This document shows, in pieces, positions 1 through 8,129 of a DNA stretch of 10,796 nt (position 1 is the stretch's first letter; every line of letters starts with the position of its first letter). The translations under genes and the position numbers were made by a program. Below the pieces are notes generated by a model. The model was not told where the DNA came from. It saw only the letters and a list, made by a program, of their open reading frames with translations, and ran no database searches. This stretch comes from an uncultured Pseudomonadota bacterium (GTDB lineage: Bacteria > SAR324 > NAC60-12), in the NCBI GenBank assembly GCA_913020725.1, contig CAJWCD010000120.1:1-10796 (forward strand), written 5' to 3'.

Positions 1-81
1 TTGAGTGGAGTGCAGGACTACTTGTCCCACACGATAGTCTCTCACCTCTTCAAAGTCCATAACAGGCTCTAATGTCAGCAC
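1..81 (-). CDS. Probable 5' end of a gene truncated by the window edge (MLTLEPVMDFEEVRDYRVGQVVLHSTQ...), possibly YccV/HspQ-like
   Basis: Open frame from GTG at 81 (or ATG at 60) runs off the left edge and starts right after the ABC ATPase stop (83-85). YRVGQVVLH resembles the start of YccV-like domains (F/YxxGQxVxH), but only 27 codons are visible. Confidence 0.35.
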   Translation of the reverse strand, partial: MLTLEPVMDFEEVRDYRVGQVVLHSTQ

Positions 82-82
82 G

Positions 83-1000
83 CTATTCATCCAAATGCCT
101 CCCACTCATGGCAACAAATAAATCATCCAAGGTGCGCCTGCGGCATTCCAGCGAAGTCAGCGAACAGGCTGATTTTTTGATTAAATCCAGAAATTCCGGT
201 AAGATCCCGGAAATGTTTTGCACACTCAATTGACCTTGTTGGGTTCCTGGCTGCCAACGGCAGGTCAAGACTCCGGAAAGTTTTTCAACTTGTTCAACGG
301 GCAAATTGCCTGCAACCGAAAATTCAATTAAATCCCCCTCGCCAAACTGATCCAGCAGTTGAGCCAAGCTACCCTCGGCCAAGATTTGTCCCTGATCTAG
401 CATCACAATTCGTTCACAGAGGTACTCGGCTTCTTCCATGTAGTGTGTGGTGAGGATCAGCGTAGTCCCGGTGGCTTGGAACCCTTCAAGAATTTTCCAG
501 AGGTCGCGCCGGGCGTTGGGATCAAGGCCCGTGGTGGGTTCGTCGAGAATGAGGATGCGGGGACGAGGCAAGACTGCAATGCCCAGCGCGAGTCGTTGCC
601 GTTGTCCACCGGAAAGCTGGGACACCCATGTGCGGCGCTTGCTTTCGAGTTGGACGGTGTGCAACACCTCGTGGGTGCGTTCAGATTGGAGTCCGTAAAA
701 ACTGGCGAAGAGTCCTAGCGTTTCCTCAACGGTCAGGCGTTCCTGAAAACGGGTTTCCTGCAAGGCAAGCCCCATTTCCTGACGTAGCAGATGCTCGTCT
801 TGTGCCCACGTTTTTCCAAGGATGTGAATCTCCCCAGAATCGGGACGCTGGACGCCTTCAATCATTTCAACCAGCGTGGTCTTGCCCGCGCCGTTGGGTC
901 CGAGCAAGGCCACTGATTCTCCGGAACCAACCCGCAGGCTGACATTACGGACGGCGTGGGTGTCTTTGAAGGATTTGCTAACGTTGTGGACTTCAATCAC
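83..1000 (-). CDS. ABC transporter ATP-binding protein, ABC-2/DrrA-NodI-like exporter family (305 aa)
   Basis: Walker A GPNGAGKTT, Q-loop ALQE, signature LSGGQRQR, Walker B ILILDEPTTGLD, H-switch LTTHYMEEAE, and C-terminal TLDDLFVAMSG typical of this subfamily. GTG start. Confidence 0.95.
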   Translation of the reverse strand: MIEVHNVSKSFKDTHAVRNVSLRVGSGESVALLGPNGAGKTTLVEMIEGVQRPDSGEIHILGKTWAQDEHLLRQEMGLALQETRFQERLTVEETLGLFASFYGLQSERTHEVLHTVQLESKRRTWVSQLSGGQRQRLALGIAVLPRPRILILDEPTTGLDPNARRDLWKILEGFQATGTTLILTTHYMEEAEYLCERIVMLDQGQILAEGSLAQLLDQFGEGDLIEFSVAGNLPVEQVEKLSGVLTCRWQPGTQQGQLSVQNISGILPEFLDLIKKSACSLTSLECRRRTLDDLFVAMSGRHLDE

Positions 1001-1021
1001 GGCAGGAATTCAAACGCCAAC

Positions 1022-1094
1022 TATACTGCACACGGGCATCAACTGCGCTTTTGCTTTTGGATTAAAAGTGAAGTTTGTCATCGTGTGCAGTATA
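1022..1094. repeat. Long imperfect inverted repeat/hairpin with perfect 13-bp outer arms
   Basis: TATACTGCACACG (1022-1034) is the exact reverse complement of CGTGTGCAGTATA (1082-1094). Inner pairing continues with GGCA/TGTC, AACT/AGTT and CGCTTTT/AAAAGTG. Confidence 0.85.
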
Positions 1095-1258
1095 TGATTT
1101 GAATGGGCGGTTTGGCGAGCGGAAAATCATGCGGTCGCCGATGCCGAGCTTGTTGTTTCAAATGATTCTCACCTCACAAAAATGCACTCTTGGCGGAGAA
1201 TTCTGATTCTTCTGCCCGCCGATTTCCTTGTAGGCGTTCGCTGAAAAAAGGCTGTCAC

Positions 1259-1687
1259 TCAAGTCAATGAGCGCAGTTCCTTGAAGAAACAGGTCGGCTG
1301 TCCGGTGTGGCAGGCGGGTCCGGTTTGGCGGACACGATAGATGAGGGTGTCGGCATCGCAATCCACCCAGATGGCCTCGACGGCTTGGACGTGTCCGGAG
1401 GATTCGCCTTTCTTCCAGAGAGCTTGGCGGGAGCGCGACCAGTAATGCGCGAATCCACTTTCCTGCGTTTTCCGGAGGGCGGTTTCGTCGGCATAGGCAA
1501 GCATGAGGACGACATTCGTGTCCACGCCTTGCGCGATCACCGGAACCAAGCCACCCTGCTTGTCAAAATCAAGATCGCTGATACCGACAGATTCCTGTCT
1601 CTGAGTGTCCGGACGGTTGGATGGGGCAATGGTTTTTTTCATGATTTTTAAAAGGGGCATAACGTCAGCACAGGCTTCGCACGACAT
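1259..1687 (-). CDS. hisI: Phosphoribosyl-AMP cyclohydrolase (monofunctional HisI)
   Basis: Motifs GLVPVIAQ, VLMLAY, YWSRSRQALWKKGESSGH, DCDADT and ACHTG...TCFF. No HisE domain fused. Start uncertain: ATG at 1687, 1660 or 1642. Confidence 0.95.
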   Translation of the reverse strand: MSCEACADVMPLLKIMKKTIAPSNRPDTQRQESVGISDLDFDKQGGLVPVIAQGVDTNVVLMLAYADETALRKTQESGFAHYWSRSRQALWKKGESSGHVQAVEAIWVDCDADTLIYRVRQTGPACHTGQPTCFFKELRSLT

Positions 1688-1980
1688 GATAATTTATTGC
1701 TTTCTCCTGTGTTTGAAAAAGCGGCAACCCCACTCTAACAGACTCATTGAGTTTTCGGGAGTTTCGCGCTTCCAGTAGGGTGGCAGAAGGTCGTGGGAGT
1801 TTGGCGCAGGGTAGAAACTGTGCGGAACCGCCTTGCTCGCCTCTCTTCACCAGACAGTGAGTTGCACTTACGAGTTAAATCTGCACGGAATAACAGGATG
1901 GAAGGCATCATTTATACTAGAGCCGCTATCAAGGGGTGCCATTTCCTCCCCCCACGTTCAGACCAACCACTGAATTTTCG

Positions 1981-3183
1981 TCAAACCCGTGCGATCACGA
2001 GAGCGATCCCTTGTCCGACCCCGATGCACATGGTGCAAAGCGCGTAGCGCCCTTGGCGGCGGCGCAGTTCGTAGGCGGCGGTGGTCACCAACCGTGCCCC
2101 GGACATGCCGAGAGGGTGCCCGAGTGCGATGGCCCCACCATTGGGGTTGACATGCTCTGCGTCGTCCGGAATCCCAAGGTCGCGCAGCACGGCAAGCCCT
2201 TGGCTGGCGAAAGCTTCGTTGAGTTCGATCACGTCCATCTGCGCGAGTGTGAGGCCGAGCCGGGCCAGCAATTTTTTGGAAGCTGGAGCCGGGCCGAAAC
2301 CCATGATGCGCGGCTCGAGTCCGGCGGTCGCCATACCGAGGATGCGGGCGAGCGGGGTGAGGCTGTGATCCTTGACCGCCTGCTCGGAGGCGACAATTGC
2401 AGCGCAAGCCCCGTCGTTGATCCCGGAGGCGTTCCCGGCGGTGACGGTGCCATTTGCGCGGAAGGGCGTGGACAGTTTGGCGAGCTTTTCCAGCTTCGTG
2501 TCCGGGCGTGGATGCTCGTCCTGCTCCACCACGACAGGGTCTCCTTTGCGCTGCGGGATCGTCACAGACACGATTTCCTCGGCGAGTCGTCCGGAAGCCA
2601 TGGCCGCCCCCGCTTTTTGTTGCGAACGCCAAGCAAAGGCGTCTTGATCCTCACGGGAAATCCCAAATTGCTCGGCGACGTTCTCCCCGGTTTCGGGCAT
2701 TGAGTCGATCCCGTACTGCTTTTGCATGAGCGGATTGACGAAGCGCCAGCCGAGGGTGGTGTCAAAGACCTCCGCGTTGCGCGAAAAGGCCTCGGTCGCC
2801 TTGCCCATCACGAAGGGGGCGCGGCTCATGCTCTCGACGCCTCCGGCGAGCAGCAACTCGGCCTCACCGCTGCGGATGGCGCGGGCCGCCGTGCCGATGG
2901 CGTCCATGCCGGAACCGCAGAGGCGGTTGATCGTGGCTCCGGAAATGGACTGCGGCAGTCCGGCAAGCAGGGCGGCCATGCGGGCAATGTTGCGGTTGTC
3001 CTCTCCGGCTTGATTCGCGCAGCCAAGCAGCACGTCCTCCACCGCACTCCAGTCCATGTCCGGATTACGGGTTTGCAAGGCTTGCAACGGCAGGGCGGCA
3101 AGGTCGTCTGTGCGGACAGAGGAGAGGGCACCGCCGTAGCGGCCAATCGGAGTGCGAACGGCGTCGCAAAAAAATGCGTCCAT
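1981..3183 (-). CDS. pcaF: 3-oxoadipyl-CoA (beta-ketoadipyl-CoA) thiolase, PcaF/PaaJ family (400 aa)
   Basis: N-terminus MDAFFCDAVRTPIGRYGGALSSVRTDDL, GCANQAGEDNRN, catalytic NRLCGSG, GGVESMSRAPFVMGK, DTTLGWRFVNP, NEAFASQ, GHPLG and CIGVGQG. ATG at 3183 gives the usual ~400 aa; the ORF-track start at 3240 is probably too far upstream. pcaF versus paaJ cannot be settled by eye. Confidence 0.92.
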   Translation of the reverse strand: MDAFFCDAVRTPIGRYGGALSSVRTDDLAALPLQALQTRNPDMDWSAVEDVLLGCANQAGEDNRNIARMAALLAGLPQSISGATINRLCGSGMDAIGTAARAIRSGEAELLLAGGVESMSRAPFVMGKATEAFSRNAEVFDTTLGWRFVNPLMQKQYGIDSMPETGENVAEQFGISREDQDAFAWRSQQKAGAAMASGRLAEEIVSVTIPQRKGDPVVVEQDEHPRPDTKLEKLAKLSTPFRANGTVTAGNASGINDGACAAIVASEQAVKDHSLTPLARILGMATAGLEPRIMGFGPAPASKKLLARLGLTLAQMDVIELNEAFASQGLAVLRDLGIPDDAEHVNPNGGAIALGHPLGMSGARLVTTAAYELRRRQGRYALCTMCIGVGQGIALVIARV

Positions 3184-3205
3184 GTGGGTTTGAGTGTTTG
3201 CTGGG

Positions 3206-3233
3206 TTGAGATTGCAGGTCAAAACAGTACGAT
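3206..3233 (+). promoter_or_regulatory. Candidate sigma70 promoter for the MMPL operon
   Basis: TTGAGA (3206-3211), 16-bp spacer, TACGAT (3228-3233), ending 42 bp upstream of ATG 3276 within the 92-bp divergent intergenic region. Confidence 0.4.
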
Positions 3234-3275
3234 AACACACCTGAAAGACACCTCAATCTTCTAACTGAAACGACA

Positions 3276-5735
3276 ATGAATAACTGGCTGGTCCGCTCGG
3301 AGCGGGCTTTTGAAGCATGGGGCCATTGGGTGATCCGCCGAGCTTGGATCACTGTAGTCGGCGCGCTTGCCCTCGTGGTGGCGCTGGCTTCGCAGATTCC
3401 CTCGATCCAGGTGGACACCTCGATCGAGGGCTTCTTTCAGCAGGACGACCCGGCGCTGGTGGCTTATAACCGCTTCAAGGAGCAGTTCGGCAACGACTCG
3501 GTGGTGGTGGTGATGATCCGTCCGGACGAGATGTTTTCCGAGAAAACCCTCCAACAACTCCGGGACTACCACGAGGCGCTGGAAGCCGAACTGCCGTATC
3601 TGGACGAGGTGCAGAGCTTGGTGAACGTCACGTCCACTCGGGGAGAGGACGACCGGCTGATCGTCGAGGAGTTGATGGATCCGTTTCCGGAAGACGAAGC
3701 GGCGCGAGCCGCCTTCCGCCAGCGGGCGCTGGAGAATCCGTTTTACCGCAACCAGCTTGTCTCGGAGGACGGCAAGCTGATGGCGTTGATCGCCCGCCCA
3801 GTGGCTTGGGTCGGCCCACAGGCTTCCGGGGAAGACGATTTGTTGGGATTCGACTCGGACAGCGAGGAGGGGGCCGAAACGGAGCAGGAGATCGGAGTGG
3901 ATTCCTCTTCGGAGGAAGGCACGCACATCCTGAGTCATGAGGATAAGGTGAAGTTTGCTCAGGCGATTGCCGAGGTTTCCCAACGCTTCAGCAGCGCAAA
4001 TTTTCGGATTTACGAGGGCGGCACCATTGTGATGGAGCGCGTGATCTTGGAGGAGATGCTGGCCAACATGCCGCGCTTCACGGCGATGGCGATTGGGTTG
4101 ATTGCCGTGCTGCTGTTCGCGGTCTTCCGCAGGGTGGTCGGCGTGGTGCTGCCGCTGCTGACCGTGATCCTCTCACTGCTGGGCACCATCGGGGGGATGT
4201 CCACCTTTGGGGAGCCGGTGACGATTGTCTCGCAAATCCTGCCCTCGTTTTTGCTGGCCGTCAGCGTGGGCTATGCGGTCCACCTGCTGGCGATTTTCTT
4301 CCAGCACTTCAACCGCAACGGCGACAAGCACGCCGCCATCGTCCATGCCTTGGGGCATTCCGGACTGGCGATTCTCGTCACCAGCCTGACCACCGCCGGG
4401 GGGCTGCTCTCCTTCGCGGGCGCACCCATGAACCCCATCGCAGGGCTGGGGCGTTTCGGCGCCTTCGGGGTGTTGATGGCGGTTCTCCTGACGCTGACGC
4501 TGCTGCCCGCCCTGCTGGCGCGGTTGCCCATCAAGCCCAAGGCCCGGCTTGACTCGCAGCAAGCCACCCGTTCCGAGCGGCTGCTGGACGGCATCGGTCA
4601 GTTCGCGGTGCGGCGTCCGTGGCTGGTCTTGGGCGTCTCGGCGGTGTTGGCGGTGGGGGCGTTCAGTTTGGCCACGGGCCTGCACTTCTCGCACAACCCG
4701 GTGGCGTGGCTTCCGGAGGACAGCGAGGTGCGGATTTCCAGCGACGCCATCAACGCCGAGATGAAGGGGGCGGTGATCGCAGAGCTGGTCGTGGACACCG
4801 GAACAGAGAACGGGGTCAAGGCTCCAGAGGTGATGGCCGCGCTGGAGCGTTTTAACCGCGAGGCCGAAACGCTGGAGGTCGGCCTGGTGGCGATGGGCAA
4901 GTCCACCTCCATCGCTGACATGCTCAAGCAGATCCATCAGGCGCTCAACGAGAACCGCCCGGAGTTCTACGCCATTCCGGAAGACGCGGAACTGATCGCG
5001 CAGGAGCTTTTGCTCTTTGAGAATTCCGGAGGCGACGACCTGGAGCGGATGACGGACGTGGGCTACACGCAGGCCCGCGTCACCATGAAGATGCCGTGGA
5101 TTGACGCCAACGCCTACGTCCCGATGCTGGCGGCGATTGAAGAGTTGGCGCGGGAAATCTTTGGCAGTGAAGTCGAGCTTGAACTGACCGGACTGCTGAC
5201 CCTGCTCGCCCGCACGATTGACCTGATGATGGTGAGCATGGCCGAGAGCTACCTGATTGCGGCGACCGTAATCACGGTGTTGATGATGATCGTCCTCGGC
5301 AGTTGGAAGCTGGGCTTGTGGAGCATGATCCCCAACTTTCTGCCCATCCTCTTGGGGCTGGGGCTAATGCGTCTCCTTACCCTGCCGTTGGATGCGATGT
5401 CCATCCTCGTCGGCAGCATCGCGCTTGGACTCGCCGTGGACGACACCATCCACTTCCTGCACAACTTCCGGCGCTACCACGCCCAGACGAGCGACGTCGC
5501 AGAGTCCGTGCGGCTCACGCTCACCACCACCGGACGGGCGATGCTCTTCACCACGGTCGTCCTCTCCTGCGGATTCTACACCTACCTCATCTCGGACATG
5601 AGCAATCTCTTCTCCTTCGGACTCATCACCGGCACCACGATCATTTTCGCCCTGCTCGCGGACCTGCTGCTCGCTCCGGCGTTGATGACACTGCTGTACC
5701 GGAAACCTCAACCCTCATCCCAGAAAATCCCATGA
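3276..5735 (+). CDS. MMPL-family RND inner-membrane transporter (819 aa)
   Basis: Two-repeat architecture (1 TM + periplasmic domain + 5 TM, twice). Motifs YNRFKEQFGND, LVTSLTTAGGLLSF, TLTLLPALL, IAQELLLFENSG, IALGLAVDDTIHFL, TGRAMLFTT and ADLLLAPAL. Confidence 0.93.
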   Translation: MNNWLVRSERAFEAWGHWVIRRAWITVVGALALVVALASQIPSIQVDTSIEGFFQQDDPALVAYNRFKEQFGNDSVVVVMIRPDEMFSEKTLQQLRDYHEALEAELPYLDEVQSLVNVTSTRGEDDRLIVEELMDPFPEDEAARAAFRQRALENPFYRNQLVSEDGKLMALIARPVAWVGPQASGEDDLLGFDSDSEEGAETEQEIGVDSSSEEGTHILSHEDKVKFAQAIAEVSQRFSSANFRIYEGGTIVMERVILEEMLANMPRFTAMAIGLIAVLLFAVFRRVVGVVLPLLTVILSLLGTIGGMSTFGEPVTIVSQILPSFLLAVSVGYAVHLLAIFFQHFNRNGDKHAAIVHALGHSGLAILVTSLTTAGGLLSFAGAPMNPIAGLGRFGAFGVLMAVLLTLTLLPALLARLPIKPKARLDSQQATRSERLLDGIGQFAVRRPWLVLGVSAVLAVGAFSLATGLHFSHNPVAWLPEDSEVRISSDAINAEMKGAVIAELVVDTGTENGVKAPEVMAALERFNREAETLEVGLVAMGKSTSIADMLKQIHQALNENRPEFYAIPEDAELIAQELLLFENSGGDDLERMTDVGYTQARVTMKMPWIDANAYVPMLAAIEELAREIFGSEVELELTGLLTLLARTIDLMMVSMAESYLIAATVITVLMMIVLGSWKLGLWSMIPNFLPILLGLGLMRLLTLPLDAMSILVGSIALGLAVDDTIHFLHNFRRYHAQTSDVAESVRLTLTTTGRAMLFTTVVLSCGFYTYLISDMSNLFSFGLITGTTIIFALLADLLLAPALMTLLYRKPQPSSQKIP

Positions 5736-6523
5736 CTGCCCGAATCTGGCCTGCCCTGCTGCTCACGCTCTTTCTCGCCACCCCAGCGTGGGCGATCACC
5801 GGACGCGAGGTGATGCAGCTCGTCGAGGACCGCGACACCGGAGAAAACGTGGTTTCGCGCATGACGATGGAACTCATCAACAAGCGCGGCAAGAAACGCA
5901 TCCGAAAGCTGCGCTCGTTCCGGAAAGACCGGGAAGAAGACGCCTTGAGCCTGATCTTCTTTGAGGAACCAGCGGACGTGCGCAACACCGGATTCCTCAC
6001 CTACGACTATGACGAGGAGGACAAGGACGACGACCAGTGGATGTATTTGCCCGCGCTCAAGAAAACCAAGCGCATCGCCGGAAGCGACAAGGCGGACAGC
6101 TTCATGGGATCCGATTTCAACTACTCCGACATCTCCGGACGCGACCTTGCCGACTTCACCTTCAAGCTGCTCAAGGAGGGCAAGGTCGGAGGCGCTCCGG
6201 TTTGGATCGTGCTCTCCACCCCCAAGTCCAAGGAGGTGATGGAGGAAACGGGCTACCAGAAATCGGTGCTGTGGGTGCGGCAGGACAACCACGTGGTGAT
6301 CCGGGGCAAAAGCTGGGTTCACAAGAGCAAGGAGATCAAGTTCTTCGAGGTCAAGGACTTGGAAAAGATCGGCGGCATCTGGTTCGCCCTGACCACCACG
6401 GTCACCCGCAAGCTCGGCAAGAAGGTGCTGCACCGGACCATTCTCACTTACTCCGACATCCGGCTGGATCAAGAGCTTGACGACGACCTCTTCACGCAGC
6501 GTCGTTTGGAAAAGGGACTGTGA
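5732..6523 (+). CDS. Periplasmic LolA-like ('outer membrane lipoprotein-sorting') protein (263 aa)
   Basis: ATG at 5732 overlaps the MMPL stop (ATGA). Sec signal peptide MTARIWPALLLTLFLATPAWA. Family motifs FEEPADVRNTGFL, DDQWMYLPALKKTKRI, SFMGSDFNYSD and C-terminal FTQRRLE. The ORF-track extension back to 5303 lies within the MMPL gene and is rejected. Confidence 0.88.
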   Translation: MTARIWPALLLTLFLATPAWAITGREVMQLVEDRDTGENVVSRMTMELINKRGKKRIRKLRSFRKDREEDALSLIFFEEPADVRNTGFLTYDYDEEDKDDDQWMYLPALKKTKRIAGSDKADSFMGSDFNYSDISGRDLADFTFKLLKEGKVGGAPVWIVLSTPKSKEVMEETGYQKSVLWVRQDNHVVIRGKSWVHKSKEIKFFEVKDLEKIGGIWFALTTTVTRKLGKKVLHRTILTYSDIRLDQELDDDLFTQRRLEKGL

Positions 6524-8067
6524 CGCGAGCCTTTGTGGTTCTGGTCGCACTGCTGCTCTCTGCAATTCCGGTTGCGTTCGCGCAGGACGCTTCCGGAGAA
6601 ACCGGAGACGATCTTTTGGGGGGCTTTGAGGAAAGTGAAGCGGAGGGGGATGAAGTGGAGGATTTGCTGGGCGGTTTTGAGGACGAAACCGAAGCGGCTC
6701 CCCCCTTGGCAAAAGAGCCTGTCCCCGGCTTGAACGGGGAGGGGCCGGGGGGGATTTCCGGAGACGAGGATTCACTGCTGCCCAAGGCACTTTCCGGCTC
6801 GGTCGGCTTCGACCTCTCTTACGCCTACGCGCAGGACGCGCCGACGACCACCCAGCATCCGGACTGGCGGGGAGTGCGCAAGGCGCGGAGCTTCGTGCAG
6901 CTCAAGTGGGACGACAGGTACGGCGGCGTTCGCGTTTTCATCGACACGAAGGCGAGTTACGATACCGCCCCCGATCCGTTGTCCTCCAGCAAGCGGAACT
7001 CGCTCTCCAGCGCCTTCCGAAACGAGTACGAGGAAGCTCGCAAGCCCGTGGTGCAGGAAGCTGAGTTTCGGGAAGCGTTCGTGCAGTTCTCCCCGCTGGA
7101 GTTTCTGGACGTTACCCTCGGACGCCAGATCATCGCATGGGGCATGCTGGATTCGCTCACGGTGCTGGATGTCCTCAATCCCCGCGACAACCGAGAACCC
7201 GGACTCGTTGATTTGGAGGACATCCGCTTGCCCGTGACGGCGACGCGCCTCGACTTCTTTCTGGCAAACTTCCAGCTTCAGCTTGCCGCGCTCCACGAAA
7301 TCCGCTTCCACAAGGAATCGCGCTTTGGCAGCGAGTTCTACTACTACCCGGATGCCGTGAACTTCACGGGCACCCAAAACCAGCTTGCTTTCCTGACCGA
7401 GGACATCCCCACCCACGGTGGTGCGAACACCGAATACGGAATCGCCCTCAAGGGCTTCTTCTCCGGATGGGACGGAACTCTCCACTATGCGGATGTCTTC
7501 GAGGACGCCACGCACTACGCCGTCCCCAGCCCGCTTTCCTCAAGCACCCCGACCCGCCGCAAGCACGCCCGCCTCACGCTCGTCGGTGCCGGAGTGAACG
7601 TCGCCGCCGGAAGCTGGCTGCTCAAGGGCGAGGTGGCCGGAATCCGGGGGTTGCGCTTCTCCGGCAATGAGCGCGACTATTCCCGTAGCGACGCGGCCCT
7701 TGGCGTCGAATACTCCGGAATCACGGACGTGACCCTCGGCGCAGAAGTCTCCTACCAGCACCTCAACGAGTTCGACCAACTGCCGAGCAACAGCCTCACC
7801 GCCACCGTTGAACGAGGAATTGTGCAGTCCATCCTGAGTTGGCGGCAGGATTTCCTCCAGCAGACCCTCCACCTCAACGCCCTGCTCCTCCACTTCGGAC
7901 GCACTGGCGACAAGGGGGGGTCGCGCCGCCTTGGCCTCAACTACGACTGGTCCGATGGCCTCAGTGTCGGTGGCGGTTTGCTCGCCTACACCTCCGGGGA
8001 CAACGACATCGCCCGCCAGTTTGACAAGAACGACCGTCTCTTCACGCAACTCACCTACGCTTTTTGA
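6520..8067 (+). CDS. Predicted outer-membrane beta-barrel protein, DUF1302-like (515 aa), with acidic N-terminal repeats
   Basis: GTG overlaps the upstream stop (GTGA). Signal peptide ending AFA-QD. Motifs FREAFVQ, LGRQIIAWG and DVLNPRD, amphipathic strands, and C-terminal FTQLTYAF (terminal Phe, BAM-type beta-signal). The DUF1302 label is inferred from motifs and gene context. Confidence 0.75.
   Translation: MTRAFVVLVALLLSAIPVAFAQDASGETGDDLLGGFEESEAEGDEVEDLLGGFEDETEAAPPLAKEPVPGLNGEGPGGISGDEDSLLPKALSGSVGFDLSYAYAQDAPTTTQHPDWRGVRKARSFVQLKWDDRYGGVRVFIDTKASYDTAPDPLSSSKRNSLSSAFRNEYEEARKPVVQEAEFREAFVQFSPLEFLDVTLGRQIIAWGMLDSLTVLDVLNPRDNREPGLVDLEDIRLPVTATRLDFFLANFQLQLAALHEIRFHKESRFGSEFYYYPDAVNFTGTQNQLAFLTEDIPTHGGANTEYGIALKGFFSGWDGTLHYADVFEDATHYAVPSPLSSSTPTRRKHARLTLVGAGVNVAAGSWLLKGEVAGIRGLRFSGNERDYSRSDAALGVEYSGITDVTLGAEVSYQHLNEFDQLPSNSLTATVERGIVQSILSWRQDFLQQTLHLNALLLHFGRTGDKGGSRRLGLNYDWSDGLSVGGGLLAYTSGDNDIARQFDKNDRLFTQLTYAF
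6607..6684 (+). repeat. Intragenic tandem repeat encoding DDLLGGFEE / EDLLGGFED, 51-nt period
   Basis: Copies at 6607-6633 and 6658-6684; peptide conserved while synonymous codons differ. Confidence 0.8.
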
Positions 8068-8100
8068 AGCCACTCCTTGCGGCGAGGGGAACGACAGGGC

Positions 8101-8129
8101 TTGCCACCAAAGAAATTACGTTATACACT
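8101..8129 (+). promoter_or_regulatory. Candidate sigma70 promoter for csx1-cas6
   Basis: TTGCCA (8101-8106), 17-bp spacer, TACACT (8124-8129), ending 74 bp upstream of ATG 8204. Confidence 0.6.

Noticed and set aside
1015..1117. Integron attC site for the long hairpin
   Set aside because: CGCCAAC and GTTTGGC only partly fit RYYYAAC and GTTRRRY, are placed asymmetrically around the stem, and no integrase or cassette structure is present.
1158..1176. Fur-box-like sequence (TGAGAATCATT on the minus strand)
   Set aside because: Only about 10 of 19 positions match the consensus and no iron-related gene is evident.
1192..1216. Hairpin downstream of hisI as a terminator
   Set aside because: Stem is imperfect and no U-tract directly follows on the minus strand.
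3184..3240. Extended thiolase N-terminus (419-aa call)
   Set aside because: Family similarity begins at MDAFFCDAVRTP (ATG 3183); the extension covers the divergent promoter region.
5303..5731. N-terminal extension of the LolA-like ORF (406-aa call)
   Set aside because: It lies wholly inside the MMPL gene in another frame; the signal peptide and ATGA overlap mark 5732 as the start.
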